NCBI RefSeq assembly: GCF_030144855.1
Contig: NC_082709.1
Span: 172,670,001 to 172,734,000 of the forward strand
Direction: 5' to 3'
Source of the DNA: Hypanus sabinus
Taxonomy: Eukaryota
Length of the DNA stretch: 64,000 bases
The notes under the pieces are model-generated. The model did not search any database. It saw only the letters and a program-made list of their open reading frames with translations, and was not told where the DNA came from. This document shows, one piece after another, positions 11,800-25,390 of the stretch (its first letter is position 1; every line of letters starts with the position of its first letter). The translations under genes and the position numbers were made by a program.

Positions 11800-12545
11800 T
11801 ATCTGGATCTGAAGCAACACACACAAAACTCAGCAGGCCAGGCAGCATCTATGGAAAAGAGTAAACAGTGGATGTTTCGGGATGAGGCCCTTCTTCAGGA
11901 CTGGAAAGGAAGGGGGAAGATGGCAAAATAAAAAGGTGGGGGGAGGGGAAAGGGGCTCGCTGGAAATTGATAGATGAAGACAGGTGGGCGGCAAAGGTCA
12001 AGGTCTGGAGATGAAAGAATCAGATAGGAGGGGACGTGGGTGAAGAACTTGCCTATTACTTCCCCCTGGTCCCCTCCTCCTCTCCTGTCAAATTCCTTCC
12101 TCTCCAGCACTTGACCTTTCCCACCCCACCGTGCCTTAATCTATCACCTTCCAGCTAGCCCCTTGATGCACCATCCATAACTCTCTGAGACGTGAGGTGA
12201 GATAAAGGCTTTTATTGGTTGGAAGAAAGAACAAGCAGCAATTGACCACCACACTGCATCCTGGAGACTGAGGCCGGGGCTCAGGCCCCAATCGCCTTTA
12301 TACTGGGGTCAGTGGGAGGAGCCACAGGAGCAGTCAGCGGGGGGGGGGGGGGGGGCGTGTCCAGACAGGTATATGTAGTTCACCACACCCCTTTCCCCTC
12401 CCCCCATCTTTTTGTTCTGGCATTTTCCACCTTCCTTCTCAGCCCTGATGAAGCATCTCGGCCCGAAACAGCCACTGTTTACTCCTTTCCATCGATGCTG
12501 CCTGGCCTGATGAGTTTCTCCAGCATTTTGTGTGTGTTGCTATGA
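11800..12545. mobile_element. Inverted pair of longer Penelope-like terminal regions, the second interrupted by a solo LTR
   Basis: Purine-rich minus copy at 11800-12040 mirrored by a pyrimidine-rich plus copy at 12050-12545; each carries a decayed hammerhead core. Confidence 0.75.
12164..12387 (-). mobile_element. Solo LTR (short family) with 5-bp TSD CCCCT
   Basis: TG...CA termini; CCCCT at 12159-12163 and 12388-12392; minus-strand TATAAA (12297-12302) and AATAAA (12211-12216). Confidence 0.88.
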
Positions 12546-14448
12546 CTTCATTAGTATTGGGTTACTGAGCCATTAATTTGTCACTAAACGATGACTAGTT
12601 TTCTACTGAACAATACTCTCTCTTCACCTCAGAGGACCAAATGGCTGGGAGATGATGATCTAATTAAGACAAATGGAGGCAGCCCCCGCTTTATGGAATT
12701 TCAGATCATGGAACTGACCCCTGATAGACTTCACAAATCGCTACCAGTTTGCATTAGAAAAGTTTGCTCTTACAAAATTCATGTGGAAATAAAAGTAAAC
12801 ACACACAAAATACTTTTCAAATTTTTCGTAATTTCTTGATGCATTCAGAGACAATACAGCTTCATGTTATGGCAAATCATGAGGCAGATTGTTTTCTAGG
12901 AACAAAATCCTGACCTCTCCCCACATAGTGCAGGGGTTGCCTGTATATAATTATGCAAAATAGGTGATGGTGTGGATTTCCTTCACTGTCGTGGCAGATT
13001 AAAAAGAACAGTGATATTGAGAATGAAGTACAGATTCATAATTCATAATAATGTGTTGGTCAGCTGGCTATTAATGGAATACTAAGATTAGCTTCCTTAT
13101 CTGTAAGGTGAGGAAATAAATTGAGGCTCCTGTAATCCTGGCCTCTGTAATCCAGTGGCCCTGCCGTAAAAACTTAACTATGTCAGTAGAAAAATTATAT
13201 CTCAGTTGAAATTTGGTTTCAATGACTTCCATCATGTAGGCTGGTCACAGCCTTTTTTCCCAGTAGAATAAATTCCCAGTGTTAAGTATTAATGCAAATG
13301 ATTTGATAAAAGAATGATGTCATATAATTCTATTTGGAAAAAAAAGCTCACTATCCTTTTGTAAAAATTACATGAGAAGAAGACTGCCTCCAACCAATTG
13401 TGAGCCAAGACGAGACGTCTAGGGTCATTCACTCTGGCTTTGCAAAAGGGCTATCCCATTTCAAAGATATCATACTGACCAAAGACAGAGATCAGTTGCT
13501 GCAGAGATCTGAACAGCTGACCCTGAGGAACGGGCATGTCACTTCACTTCTTAAGAGAAACCAACTTTCTGAATTTACTTTATTTGCCATGTGGTTTCAA
13601 ACTGAAATATGGAGGAACTCAAATACTGTGTAATATGACTTGTGGGAGTTTTGCACTGTCCCATTAAATATTATCATTACATATAATTCAGAAAGGGCAG
13701 TAATTGGTGGCAAATGTACAGGCTAAGACATTATAAAATAATCCGGTCAACTAACATTAATTATAATCTTATTGATGCAATACTAAGATAATGAGGAAAG
13801 TATAGGGGGGATGTCGGAGGTATGCTTTTACACGAGAGTGGAGGGTGCATGGAATACCCTGCCAGGGGTGGTGATAGAGACTGATACATTGGGGCATCTG
13901 AGAAACTCTTAGATAGGCCTACGGATGATAGATAAATGGAGGGCTGTGAGGAGGGAAGGGTTAGATTGATCTTATTGTAGGTTAAAAGGTCAGCACAACT
14001 TTGTGCACCGAAGGGCCTGTACTGGTCTGTGATGTTTGATGAAATTCTGCATCGTTCAGTGATCAGCTTGCGATCCTCCTTCTGAGGAATCTCTAGTGAA
14101 TTTCAAGGGAAAGTTGCCACTGGAGATGGTGGCACCATTGTTGGCCATAATGCCCAATAGTAGGCCAACACATCTAGCTCAGGCTCAAACTTAAAAATGT
14201 GGTGTACTGATGTGCTGCTGACAACACCCTGGGTTAGCTGCAGAGAGCAGGGAGATGGGCTTCGTGGTGGGAAGATGGCTTGGAGGCTGGTGATGGAGGA
14301 AGGAATGAAAAAGGATAAAGGTTAGAAAAATAAATGACACAAACGATTAAATTTGTTTCCCACTGCTTAAAAATCAGGCCTACTTTTTAAATATCACCAC
14401 ATAGTGCTTATAATAATTTTAAAAAATGTATTATGTTCTTTTCAACCA

Positions 14449-15253
14449 CTTTGGTTGCAAGAACAGGAAAACAGATTATTATCTGAACAGTGGCCGATTA
14501 GGAAAAGGGGAGATGCAACGAGACCTGGGTGTCATTGTACACCAGTCATTGAAGGTGGGCATGCAGGTACAGCAGGCGGTGAAAAAGGCAAATGGTATGT
14601 TGGCATTCATAGCAAAAGGAGTTGAGTACAGGAGCAGGGAGGTTCTATTGCAATTGTACAAGGCCTTGGTGAGACCGCACCTAGAGTATTGTGTGCAGTT
14701 TTGGTCCGCTAATCTGAGGAAAGACATTTTTGCCATAGAGTGAGTACAGAGAAGGTTCACCAGATTGATTCCTGGGATGGCAGGACTTTCATATGAAGAA
14801 AGACTGGATCGACTAGGCTTATACTCACTGGAATTTAGAAGATTGGGGGGGGGGCGACCTTATTGAAACGTATAAAATTCTAAAGGGATTGGACAGGCTA
14901 GATGCAGGAAGATTGTTTCCGATGTTGGGGAAGCCCAGAACAAGGGGTCACAGTTTAAGGATAAAGGGGAAGCTCTTTAGAACCGAGATGAGGAAAAACT
15001 TCTTCACACAGAGAGTGGTGAATCTGTGGAATTCTCTGCCACAGGAAACAGTTGAGGCCAGTTCATTGGCCATATTTAAGGGGAAGTTAGATATGGCCCT
15101 TGTGGCTAAAGTGATCAAGGGGTATGGAGAGAAAGCAGGTACAGGGTTCTGAGTTGGATGATCAGCCATGATCATACTGAATGACGGTGCAGGCTCGAAG
15201 GGCCAAATGGCCTACCCCTGCACCTATTTTCTATGTTTCTATGTTTCTATGTT
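14449..15253 (+). mobile_element. CR1-like LINE 3' portion with (CTATGTTT)n tail
   Basis: QRDLGVIVHQSLK...LYKALVRPHLEYCVQFWS...RKNFFTQRVVNLWNSLP; octamer tandem tail at 15231-15253. Confidence 0.93.
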
Positions 15254-15340
15254 CTTCTGATTTAAGGATGTGCTTCTGTTGCTCATTGTTGAATTGTTAA
15301 ACAAATCAATCACTGGTCAATGGGTCAGTTAAAGCAATAC

Positions 15341-15478
15341 CGTCAGCGTTTGGTTCAGAGTGCGTTGTTCCATTTCGAGCTTCTTTATCTGATCAAGTGC
15401 CTCCCGTGTCTTTCTGTGTTCTGCTGCCAGCTGATGATTGAAACTTTTACCTTTTAACTCCAGAATTCTCTCCAAGTC
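15341..15478 (-). CDS. LCA5L: Lebercilin-like protein, coding exon 3 (DLERILELKGKSFNHQLAAEHRKTREALDQIKKLEMEQRTLNQTLT)
   Basis: Acceptor GTATCTTTAG|, donor ACG|GTATTG; 138 nt, phase 0/0; aligns with the lebercilin coiled coil (SLEKQLRL..FSRQLAIETRKT in LCA5L as recalled). Not in the ORF track. Confidence 0.92.
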
Positions 15479-15659
15479 CTAAAGATACAGTGAAAAAAAT
15501 AAGCACCTGCAGGAAAACCACAGGAATACTGCCATTCAGGACAACACTGTGTTCAGACAACCTTTACTTTCCTGAACTTAAGGCTCCACAGCGGAGTAAA
15601 TCTACTGCCACATTCAGATCTGCAATCAATGGCCAATTATGCTTTACATGAGGAGAAGA

Positions 15660-16170
15660 TTCGCCACCAGGCTCAAGGACACCTTCGACCCCACTGTTAT
15701 AAAACTACAGAACAGACCTCTTGTACAATAAAATAGACTTGTGATCTTACAATCTACCATGACGTGACCCTATCCAGATCATGCTCTCTTCTCACTGCTG
15801 CCTTCAGGAAGGAGGTACGGGAACCTTAGGTCCCACCCCATCAGGTTCAGGAACCGGAGTGGATAACTTCACTCACTCCAACACTGAACCGATTCAAACC
15901 TAGGCACTCACTTTCAAGAACTCTACAGCTCATGCTTGCAACATTACTTATTTATTTATTTATGTATTGCATTTGTAGGATTTGTTGCCTTCTGCACATT
16001 GGTTGTTTATCAATGGTCGTTTATGTGCAGCTTTTCTTGGATTCTTTCGAAATCAATGAAAAACTGCGCACAGATAAAGATTCACTGTGCATACCCACAG
16101 GAAAATGAATCTCAAGGTAATATATGGTGACATATATGTACTTTGATAATAAATTACTTTTGAACTTTAT
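15660..16170 (+). mobile_element. Rex1/Babar-type LINE 3' fragments
   Basis: HALFSLLPSGRRY-type coding remnant and GATAATAAA-TTACTTTTGAACTTT tail shared with other copies. Confidence 0.75.
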
Positions 16171-17754
16171 TGCCTACCTGGACTGTTCTTTCTGTTTAAC
16201 TCTAACTCTAACACTACATTCTGCTTTTTCTTTCTGATGTTACCTTCTGCCCCCTCAATGTACTTGTACGTTGGAATGATCAGTATGGATGGTAATGCAA
16301 AGACTTTTCACTGTATCTCAATCTGTCTGAGGCCTCCGCTGGTCAGGGTTGACTATGAATGTTGCATCCTTGCTGGTTAGAGATGCAAGCCTGGGCAGTA
16401 CACTGTGGAGAGAAGCCGTTGAGCCACGTATCGCAGTACAGGTGAGAATAATAAACTAATGAACAGTCACCATTTAAAAGATGGACTATTCTCCTCTAGT
16501 ACCATTGCAACCAAAGGGCTCACAACTAAAACTAAGACAACTTTTCCCCCAAAGTCTATTTGAACAGCACACCAATCAAGAGTGGGATTCCTGCTTAATT
16601 TTAGTGCTCACTTTAATACTGTGTGTGCTTTCAGCCAACTTATCACATCCTGAAGCCTGGAGGTTGGACTCCTCTCCCCTTTGTGGCTGTAACCTGGCCC
16701 ATTCGCTTTGTGCCAACGCTGCCACAATGGGAAAGTGGCCAATAACTTTTAAAGCAGTTCAGAGTACATGCAGTAAAATGGGATATTGGCTAATTGTAGT
16801 AAGATATGTCTACTGTTCTCAAATCTTCTTGCAAATACACCACTTGATTTTTGAATTGCTGGCTGTTAACTTTCAGTGATCAGAGCACAAAGGCTCTCTA
16901 TTTCTCAGAACATCAACGTATTTCAGTCTTACACTATCCTAGCCATTCCAACCAGGGGAAACATCAACTCTGCACTTACCCTGTCAAGCCCCCTACAGCT
17001 TTTGTAGTCTTTTTAATTCAGCAGAGTATAGGCTTAGCTTGATCAATCTCCCCTCGTAGGATAAATCCCCATTGCAGGAGTCAGTTTAGTGAGCCCTACT
17101 GCACCATCACAAGGAGTTTCTTTCATTGCTAAGAAGATCTACTTTAGACCTAATATAAAACCTTACATAAGTGCAGAAAGTCATCCACATCATCTTGCAA
17201 TAAAGGCCAATGTAGTGTTGGGCCTTCTCAATTCCTCACAGCAGCTGTAAATTAACTTTCAGTAATTCATGCCAAAGTACACCACAACCTGGTCATCAAC
17301 ACATGTTAATCTCACACCATTTTAAGAATGTGCTTTATTTTGTATCTAGTTCCCGAATAGGAATAGAGTTGGTAATATAATCATCTTCCGGGAAGCCAGA
17401 ATGCACCATGCTACCAAGATATCTCATGATGAGAAAGTGGTTTGCGTAGTAGCTTAAAAAAGTTGTCTGCTACTAAATATGGATTTGTATTTGGCCCTGA
17501 CTGATTGGCCAAAGTTGCTCTTAGTCTGTTGGCTTTGATTATTCAACATGTAATAAGTCTTGTTAAACTTAATGAGATTTAATTTGCACAATCTTGCTAA
17601 CAGGGAGATATTAGAAATTTCTTGTGAATATTGGTCTTGAAAATGAAAAAAAAATACACAGTACACTGGAATAAAATGTCGGTACTGAACCACGTTGATA
17701 TAACTACACAGATAAAATGGAAATACACAACTAGGGGTCCAAAATTAAACATAC

Positions 17755-17995
17755 ATCCAGTGGCCACTCCTGTGAAAAAAAATTCGAACCACCCCGTCTG
17801 GCACCAGTGCTCATTCTATGGTCAAAGTCACTTAGATCACATTTCTTCCCCATTCTGATATTTGGTCTGAACAAAGCTGAACCTCTTGACCATGTCTGCA
17901 TGCTTTAGTGCATTGGGTTGCTGCCACATGATTGGCTGATCAGATATTTGCAGTAACCAGCAGGTGTGCAGGTGCAAAATGGCCACTGGGTGTAT
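17755..17995 (-). mobile_element. Non-autonomous Tc1 derivative (partial)
   Basis: Reverse complement of the left part of the element at 35697-36215; ends in TGGCCACTGGGTGTA. Confidence 0.75.
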
Positions 17996-18737
17996 ATACT
18001 GTATTTGATTAATATTCTAATATGTATCCTTTGTTACCTGTTCAACATTTCATTACCACTGAAGACAGGTTAACTGAACGTACACTTTACTGCTGTGAGC
18101 AAATTGACTGCTATGTTTGCATGTACGGTATACATGACTGCAAGTCCAAACTTCATTATTCATCGCAAGATGCTAAGGATATGAATGCTAAGCACAGCTA
18201 GAGATATGAGGGATGATAGATATAAATAAATATTCATTCTCCCATAAGACTTGTTTGCCATTGGGTATGCAAGTCCAGTTATCTCTGACTGAATCCACAC
18301 AACCGTTGTTGAATAAAAAAATCAGTAGTACAGATCTGTAGGTGGGGACTGGTTCCTCTGATTTCTAATGTGTCAGAGTATTGGTTAATGATAAAACATA
18401 TATTTTGTTCTATTGACTAAAAAAAGATAAGAAACATAATCAGGAGCAAGCCATCTGGTTACTCTCCAGCACCAGCTGTTTATCCGTTTCTTTTTTAATA
18501 TAGGTAGATCTTGTTTTTCTCAGAAACTGAGCACCCGTAGCCTTGTTGGGTGGCAATTTCAAAGATTTACCACCTATCTGAAGCAGTTTCTGGTTTTTAA
18601 ATTTCTGTCCTGAATGAATGATCATCCTGCTACTTTAAGATGCTGAGCCTGGTTTCAAGCAAAGTAAATACAATCAGGAGAAGTAAAAATTTAGCATCCT
18701 TTCTATGAAGCTACAAAAGAATTTTGTAGATTTCCCA

Positions 18738-19870
18738 TAAGGCACAGGAGCAGAATTAAGCCATTTGGACCATTCAGTTATATCTGCCATTCAATTGTAG
18801 TTGACTTTTTTTCCCTCTCAAAACCATTCTCATAACTGCTCCCCATAACCTTTTTTGCTTTTATTAATCAAGAACCTATCATCCTCCACTTTAAGTATAC
18901 CCAAGACTTGGCCTCCTCAGTCATCTCTAACAGAGGATTCCACAGACTCACCACCCTCTGGGTAAAGAAATTTCACTGAGATCATCTCTAATTCAAGAGT
19001 TTAATCCCTGTCTGCTTGGCCTCCCTTCATATAACAAGCTCAACATGCTTTGCTGCAGTTGCTCTAATGCAAGTATATCCCTCCATAGCCTGGGAGATCG
19101 TTTCTGTCCGCAACATTTTTTCCAGTTTTACGGGTGTCCTAGGAAGATCAGGTTTGGTCTCCATAGAATCCCTGTAAAACTGGAACAAATGCCTCTACTG
19201 TTGAACTCATAACCTTTAGCGAATAAAGCCAACATTTAATGTTTACTCCAAATTACCGGCTAAACCTGCATATTAATTAGAATTACACAGACATCTGCAC
19301 CTTTCAATCTCTGTTTATCAGGAACAGAATCAGATTTATTATCACTGACCTATACAAATGAAATTGCAGATGAAGTGGAGAACTAAGAAACAATTTTACA
19401 ATAAATTACAGAGATAAATAAATATTGCAAGAGGAATAATCAGGCAGTGATCATGAATAAATCATGATCATGAGCAAAAGATATTCTGCTTTAATGTTGA
19501 CTGAGGCGGAAAACATTTTTCCACGTTACATTCCATCTGTGACATCCTTTGCCCATTAGCTAAATCTAGTTATACCTCCCTAAAGCCTCTCTGCATCCTT
19601 GCATACTGCACTGCCAGCTGGCTTTGTATCATTAGCAACCCTGAACAGATTATACTCAATCCCCCATCCAAATCACTAATGCAAATTGAGAACAGCTGGG
19701 CCCCCACATCATTTCTAATGGCAATCCCTTGGTCACAGCTCCCAACACAGAATGACGTGTTTACTTCCGTTCTCTGTTCTCTGCCCTTTAACCAGTGATC
19801 AATGCACAACGTTGCTTTATTCCTGCACTGTGAGACTTTAAGTTTGCTCAAGATTCATTTCTGTGGCCCT
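18738..19870 (-). mobile_element. Old CR1-like LINE fragments
   Basis: CR1 3' end at 18738-18975 and decayed RT region (LFSICISDLDGG) at 19570-19850. Confidence 0.65.
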
Positions 19871-20009
19871 TTGTTAAGGTTGAATATATGTTCCACTGGT
19901 TCAGCTTTATCTATTCTGCTCGATACTGATGAATGTGATTTTGCTTTCATGACCCTATGCTGAATCTCCTTGGTTTGGTTTTATCTTCCATGCACACCAG
20001 GCCAATTTC

Positions 20010-21015
20010 AAGGCAGTGATGAATCAGCATAGAGGAGGAAAATTGAAAATCTGGCGGAGTGGCGCCACAACAACCTCTTACTCAATAGCAGCAAGACCAG
20101 GGAGCTAATAGCAGACTTCAGGAGGAGGAAACCAGGGTGTCCATGAGCCAGTCCATAAGATATAGGATCAGAATTAGGCTATTTGGCCCATTGCGTCTGC
20201 TCCACTAAATATTTGATGCACTCCTCATCAGAGAATCAGAGGTGGAGAGGGTCAGCAAATTTAAATTCCTCCGTTTTATTATTATTATTTCAGAGGAAGT
20301 GTCCTGGGCCCAGCATATAAGTGCAATTATGAAGAAAGCACAGCAGCACCTCTACTTCTTTCGGAGTTTGCTAAGATTCGACATGACATCTCGAACTTTG
20401 ACAAACTTCTATAGATAAGTAGTGGAGAATATACTGACTGGCTACATCACAGCTTGGTATGGAAACACCAATACCCTGTAAACAGAAAATCCTACAAAAA
20501 GTACTGGATATGGCTCAGTCCAGAAAGGGTGAACCCTCCCTACCATAGAGCACATTTACGTGAAACGTTGTTGCAGGAAAGCAGCATCCATCATCAGCTG
20601 CCATCAGGAAGAAGGTACAGAAGCCTCAGGACTCACACCATCAGGTTCAGGAACAGTTATCACCCCTCAGCCATCAGACTCTTGAACCAAAGGGGATAGC
20701 TTCACTCAACTTCACTTGCCCCATCATTGAAATGTTTCCACAAACTATGGGCTCACTTTCAATGACTCTTCATCTCATGTTCTCAATACTTATTGCTTCT
20801 TTATTTATTATTATTACTTCTTCTTTTGTATTTTGACAGATTGTTGTTTTTTTGCACACTGGTTGAATGCCTAAGTTAGTGTGGTCCTTCATAGATTCTA
20901 TTAGGGTTACTATTCTGTTATGGATTTATTGAGTATGCCCACAAGGAATTGAACCTCAGGGTTGTATATGGTGACATATATGTACTTTGATAATAAATTT
21001 ACTTTGAATTCTTGA
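20010..21015 (+). mobile_element. Rex1/Babar-type LINE 3' portion with a small internal CR1 3' fragment
   Basis: Coding remnants ENLAEW..NNLLLN..KTRELIADFRRRK and LPSGRRYRSLRTHTIRFRNSYHPSAIRLLN; TTTGAA tail. Confidence 0.85.
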
Positions 21016-22716
21016 ACTAATATAGTAAGGAGTCCAACATTTTCACCTCCACTGGTATCTCACCAAGAGGACACTGTGTCCATCGTGGACTTTCCAAGAG
21101 AATGTGTATTTCAGCAAGGCGTAATATTTCAGGAGACAGGATCTCCAAAGTTCCACCAAGATATTGCACATGTTGTTAACACATAACAAAACAGCAACTA
21201 CATTACCAGTGATGGTGACAGTATGGAATCCATCAGTTCTTATGGAGCAAGGTCTTTCCTGACTAACGTCAAGGCCATTAGCAATACTCTACAGTTTGCT
21301 GAACAACTTCTGTGACAGAACGGTTGAGGTTGTTGAGGGCCTGGAATCACATTGAGGCTGAGGGATTTCTACCCTTGAGGACATTAGTGAAAAAAAAATG
21401 ATTTTGGGTCAAACTAATGATGGCGTGGTCACCCACACTGAGACCAGCTATTTCTCTAATGATAGACTATTTGAATAATTAACTTTAAGATCCCTATCTG
21501 CCCCAGTGTTTTTGAGAATGAAGTACAGGAGCCTTAAATCCTACACTACCATGTTCAGGAATAGTTATTGGCCTTCAACCATCAGACTCCTAAACCAGCA
21601 TGGATAACTTCACTCATCCCAACACTGAGCTGATTCCACAACCTGGGGACTCACTTTCAAGGACTCTACAATTCATGTTATCGTTATTTATTTACTTTTT
21701 TTTGTATTTGTTTATCTTCTTGTGCACGTTAGTTGTTTGTCGGTCTTTGCATGTAGTTTTTCATTGATTCTATTTTTTTTTTGTTCTACTCAGATTGCCC
21801 AGAAGGAAATGAATCTCAGGGTAAACAATATTGAACTGTGAACTTTGAATTTTTAGCTCTGGACTGTCAGCCCAGTCCCCAGGATCAGTAGTCTGGAAAA
21901 TTCAGCTCAGTATTATCTTTCCTCTTGTTGAACAATCCTCCAGGCCAAATCTTATTTGTGCGAATTGGAGGAAACTAATGCCAGGGCAAAGGCAATATTA
22001 GGAGAGATTAAATAATTTGAGTAAAGAATGGTCATTTTGTAGTAAGGCAGAGAGGTGGAAAGGAAGAAAGAAAATTCCAGCGTGTGATGCCATGGCAGTT
22101 GAAGGTTCTTCCAGTACTGATGGAATAAGTGGATACAAATACACTAGAATGAAGGATTCAGGAATTATATAACTCTGGAGGTGGTTATAGATGTAGAGAT
22201 TTAGGCCTTAAAGTAATATAACTGAGCAGGATGAGAATGTTAATTTTCATGAGGGAATGGGAGCCACAATCAGTGAGGAAGGGCAGTCACTGAGTGGACC
22301 TGATGGGAATGAGATAACATCAGGTGTGTTGGATGAACTGAACTTCCTGGCAGGTGAAGGAAGGGAGACCCATGAGGGAAATCTAATTTGGTGGTCACGC
22401 AGGTGATTGTACAGAGGGAAAGTAAAGTGTCGTTGTGGAGAAGTGGGTGTAGTTGAATATCATACCAAAAGAAATAAAGCTGGTTCTCTTTGCTAACAGC
22501 ATCAGCTCACCCAATGTTAAACTTTAGGAGAGCTTAGTGAAACGTGGATGTAATTGGCCATCAATATGAATAATGTTTCATATTCAGCATTCTCGTATCC
22601 ACATTTTGTCCCTTTTTAACTTTTTGACAATCTTTTGTATTTTCCCCTTTTTAACAATACTTATTTTTCCACTTTTTAGAGTTTTGGACAATCTTTATTA
22701 TTAACGGCTCACTCAC

Positions 22717-23249
22717 CTGGATCTTATGTTCATCAGCCTCAAGTTTCTTTGTCAGCTCAGTCAGTTTACAGGTCAGCTCGTCCCGCTCTTCCAAGTCCTT
22801 CTCTTGACAGATAGTCTTTAGCTTCTGTAGCGTGTTCTTTGTTTTCCACAGCTCCGACTCTGCCTCTTTTAGTTGCTTCGACACGTACCGGTCCTGCTCC
22901 TTTGACCTCCGCAGCATCTCCTTCAACATTTGTACCTCGTTTGTGTGCCTGGTTAATAACTGGGGCAAATTGTTCTGCTCGTTCTCAAACTTCACCAGGG
23001 CCTTCATGTGGCGGTACTGAAGCCTTCTGAGCAGCTTGTTCTCCAACCTGGCATTTTTCAGCTCTCTCTGGAGGTCATACACCTCATTCTTCAACTCCTT
23101 TGTTTTGTTCAGTCTGGCTGACAGGATGTGGCGGGTAACTGAATCATTACCCAGCTCCCCGGTGTTCATTTTAGTAATTTTTTGTGATTTATTCTTCAAT
23201 GTAGACTGGTTCCAATTTTGCAGCACTTTAAACCTTGGTTTAGTTTGTA
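22717..23249 (-). CDS. LCA5L: Lebercilin-like protein, coding exon 2 (lebercilin coiled-coil domain)
   Basis: Acceptor TTTTCTTCCATAG|, donor CAG|GTGAGT; 533 nt, phase 1 in and phase 0 out. ILSARLNKTKELKNEV..ENKLLRRLQYRHMKALVKFENEQNNLPQ..ERDELTCKL; the RHxKA and ENxQNNLPQ motifs are LCA5L-like rather than LCA5-like. Confidence 0.95.
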
Positions 23250-23308
23250 CTATGGAAGAAAAGAAAATGGCTCATGTTAATTCTGCTGTCTGCATCAAAT
23301 GGTTGAAT

Positions 23309-24470
23309 ACGCTCAGTGGGCATGTTATTGGGTATATCCGGACACCTGCTCGTTAATGTAAATAACTAATCAATCAAATCATGTGGTAGCAACTCAATGC
23401 AAAAAAAAAAAAAATCCAGGCTTGGTCAAAAGGTTCGGTGTTTTTCAGACCAACCATCAGAATGGGGAAGAAGTTCAGCCCACAGCCCAGTACATCACAG
23501 GTAAAGCCCTCCCAACTATCGAGCACATCTGCATGAAACATTGTTGGAGGGAAGCAGCATCCATCACCAGAGATCCTCACCACCCAGGCCATGCTCTTTC
23601 CTCACTGCTGGCATCAGGTAGAAGATACAAGAACCTCAGGATTCGCACCACCAGGTTCAAGAACAGGGCCTACCTCTCAAACATCAGGCTCTTGAACAAA
23701 GGGGGACAACTGCACTCACTTGCCAATTCATTGGGATGTTCTCACAACCAATGATCTCCTTTAAGGACTCTTTATCTTGTTATTTCATGTTCTTGTTATT
23801 TATTGCCTTTTACTTATATTTGCATTTGCACAGTTTGTTGTCTTCCACACTCTAGTTGATATTTCATTGATCCTGTTACAGTCACTACTCTCCAGATTTG
23901 CTGAGTATGAAAATGAATCTCATGCCTGCATATGGTGACATATATGTACTTTGATAATAAAATTTACTTTTAAGTTTGAACTTTGAACTTTGAACTTTGA
24001 AATGTGATCTGTGACTTTGACCATGGAATGATTGTGGTCCCAGACAGTGTGGTTTGAGTATCTCAGTAACTGCTGATCTGCTAGGATTTTCATATAGAGC
24101 AGTCTCTAGAGTCTCAACATTCTTGGAGAAAGGTGCAAAAACCAAAACTAAAACATTTACTAAGTAACACACACAAAATGCTGGTGGAACACAGCAGGCC
24201 AGGCAGCATCTATAGGGAGAAGCACCATCGACGTTTCAGGCTGAGACCCTTCGTCGCATTCAGTAAGTGGCAGTCCTGTGGGTAAAAATGACTTATCAAT
24301 GAGAATGGCAGACTGGTTCAAGCTGACAGGAAGCACCAGTAACCCAAATAACCACGCGTTACAACAGTGGTGTGCAGAAGAGTTTCCCTGAAGCCTTGAA
24401 GCCTTGAAGTGGATGGACTACAGCAGCAGAAGACCACAAACATACTCTCATTGTCCACTTTATTAGGTAC
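23309..24470 (+). mobile_element. Non-autonomous Tc1 derivative interrupted by a Rex1-type LINE (about 23472-24001) and a Penelope terminal unit (about 24165-24256)
   Basis: Colinear with the uninterrupted copy at 35697-36215; GAATGGGGAAGAA|insert|ATGTGATCT rejoins the transposase N-terminal coding sequence. Confidence 0.85.
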
Positions 24471-24809
24471 GGGAGTGCAAAATATGCTTTTTTATAGATA
24501 CTGGTCACAAGATTCACTGCTGTGCAACTAGAATGCTCCCAATTCTGTGCTACTTCCATTCAACTTGACAGGAAGAGATTAAGAGATAAGAAACTCCACA
24601 GTACTCCTCTGAAACAAGAGATGAGTTGGGCATTTGGAATGTAAAAATGATGTAATTGTTTTGTTTGTTTTACCTCCACACCTTTTGTCTCTGTTTACAC
24701 TTGCTGTCATGGGAACTGTTCTGGACTGGACTGGAGTGCAACACAAATGTGTCCAAATCAGAAGACACAGCACACATTATTTTTCTGGTTACAGGATAAA
24801 CTGACTGGT

Positions 24810-25390
24810 TGAACGATGGTCTCACATGAAAGCACCAATGCCCAAGAACAGAAAAGCCTACAAAAAGCAATGGTTGCTGCCCGGTCCATCACAGGCAAAG
24901 CCCTCCCCACCACTGTGTGCATCTACATGGAACGCTGCCACAGGAAAGCAGCGTCCATCATCAAGGACCCCCACCATCCAGGCCATGCTCTCTTCTCGCT
25001 GCTGCCATCCAGAAGGAGGCACAGGAACCTTAGGTCCCACACCTCGAGGTTCAGGAACAGTTATTACCCTACAACCATCAGGCTTCTGAACCAGCATGGC
25101 TAACTTCACTCACCTCAGCTGTGATCTGATTCCACAACCTATGGACTCACTTTCAAGGCCTCATGTTCTCAGTATTATTTATTGATTTGTCAGTTTGTTT
25201 ATTTATTATATTTTGTCTTTCACATATCAGCTTCTTTTTGCACATTGGTCGTTTGTCAGTCTTTGTGTGTGTGTGTAGTTTTTCATTGTTTCTATTATAT
25301 TTATTTGTTCTACTGTGAATGCCCACAAGAAACGAATCTCATGGTGGGATATGGTGGCATATAACTTGATAGTAAATTTATTTTGGATTT
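24810..25390 (+). mobile_element. Rex1/Babar-type LINE 3' fragment
   Basis: ORF 24816-25103 reads ARSITGKALP..KAASIIKDPHHPGHALFSLLPS..RFRNSYYPTTIRLLN. Confidence 0.88.

Noticed and set aside
11865-11903. Second hammerhead candidate (CUGAAGA..GAAACAUC, minus strand)
   Set aside because: The stem III palindrome is broken (ACAU), the first stem I pair is mismatched and stem II is weakened; counted as decayed.
17454-17660. Strong-looking minus-strand acceptor (TTTTCATTTTCAAG) in an LCA5L intron
   Set aside because: No donor was found, and the phase-0 frame stops after 12 codons; no support as an exon.
19114-19191. Roughly 22-bp imperfect inverted repeat
   Set aside because: One arm belongs to a decayed CR1; single occurrence with no TSD, so more likely a local inversion than a MITE.
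22717-23249. Calling the gene LCA5
   Set aside because: RHMKA, ENEQNNLPQ, KIQ and the upstream YSEDF match LCA5L better than LCA5 (RQEKA, EDAENEISQ) as recalled.
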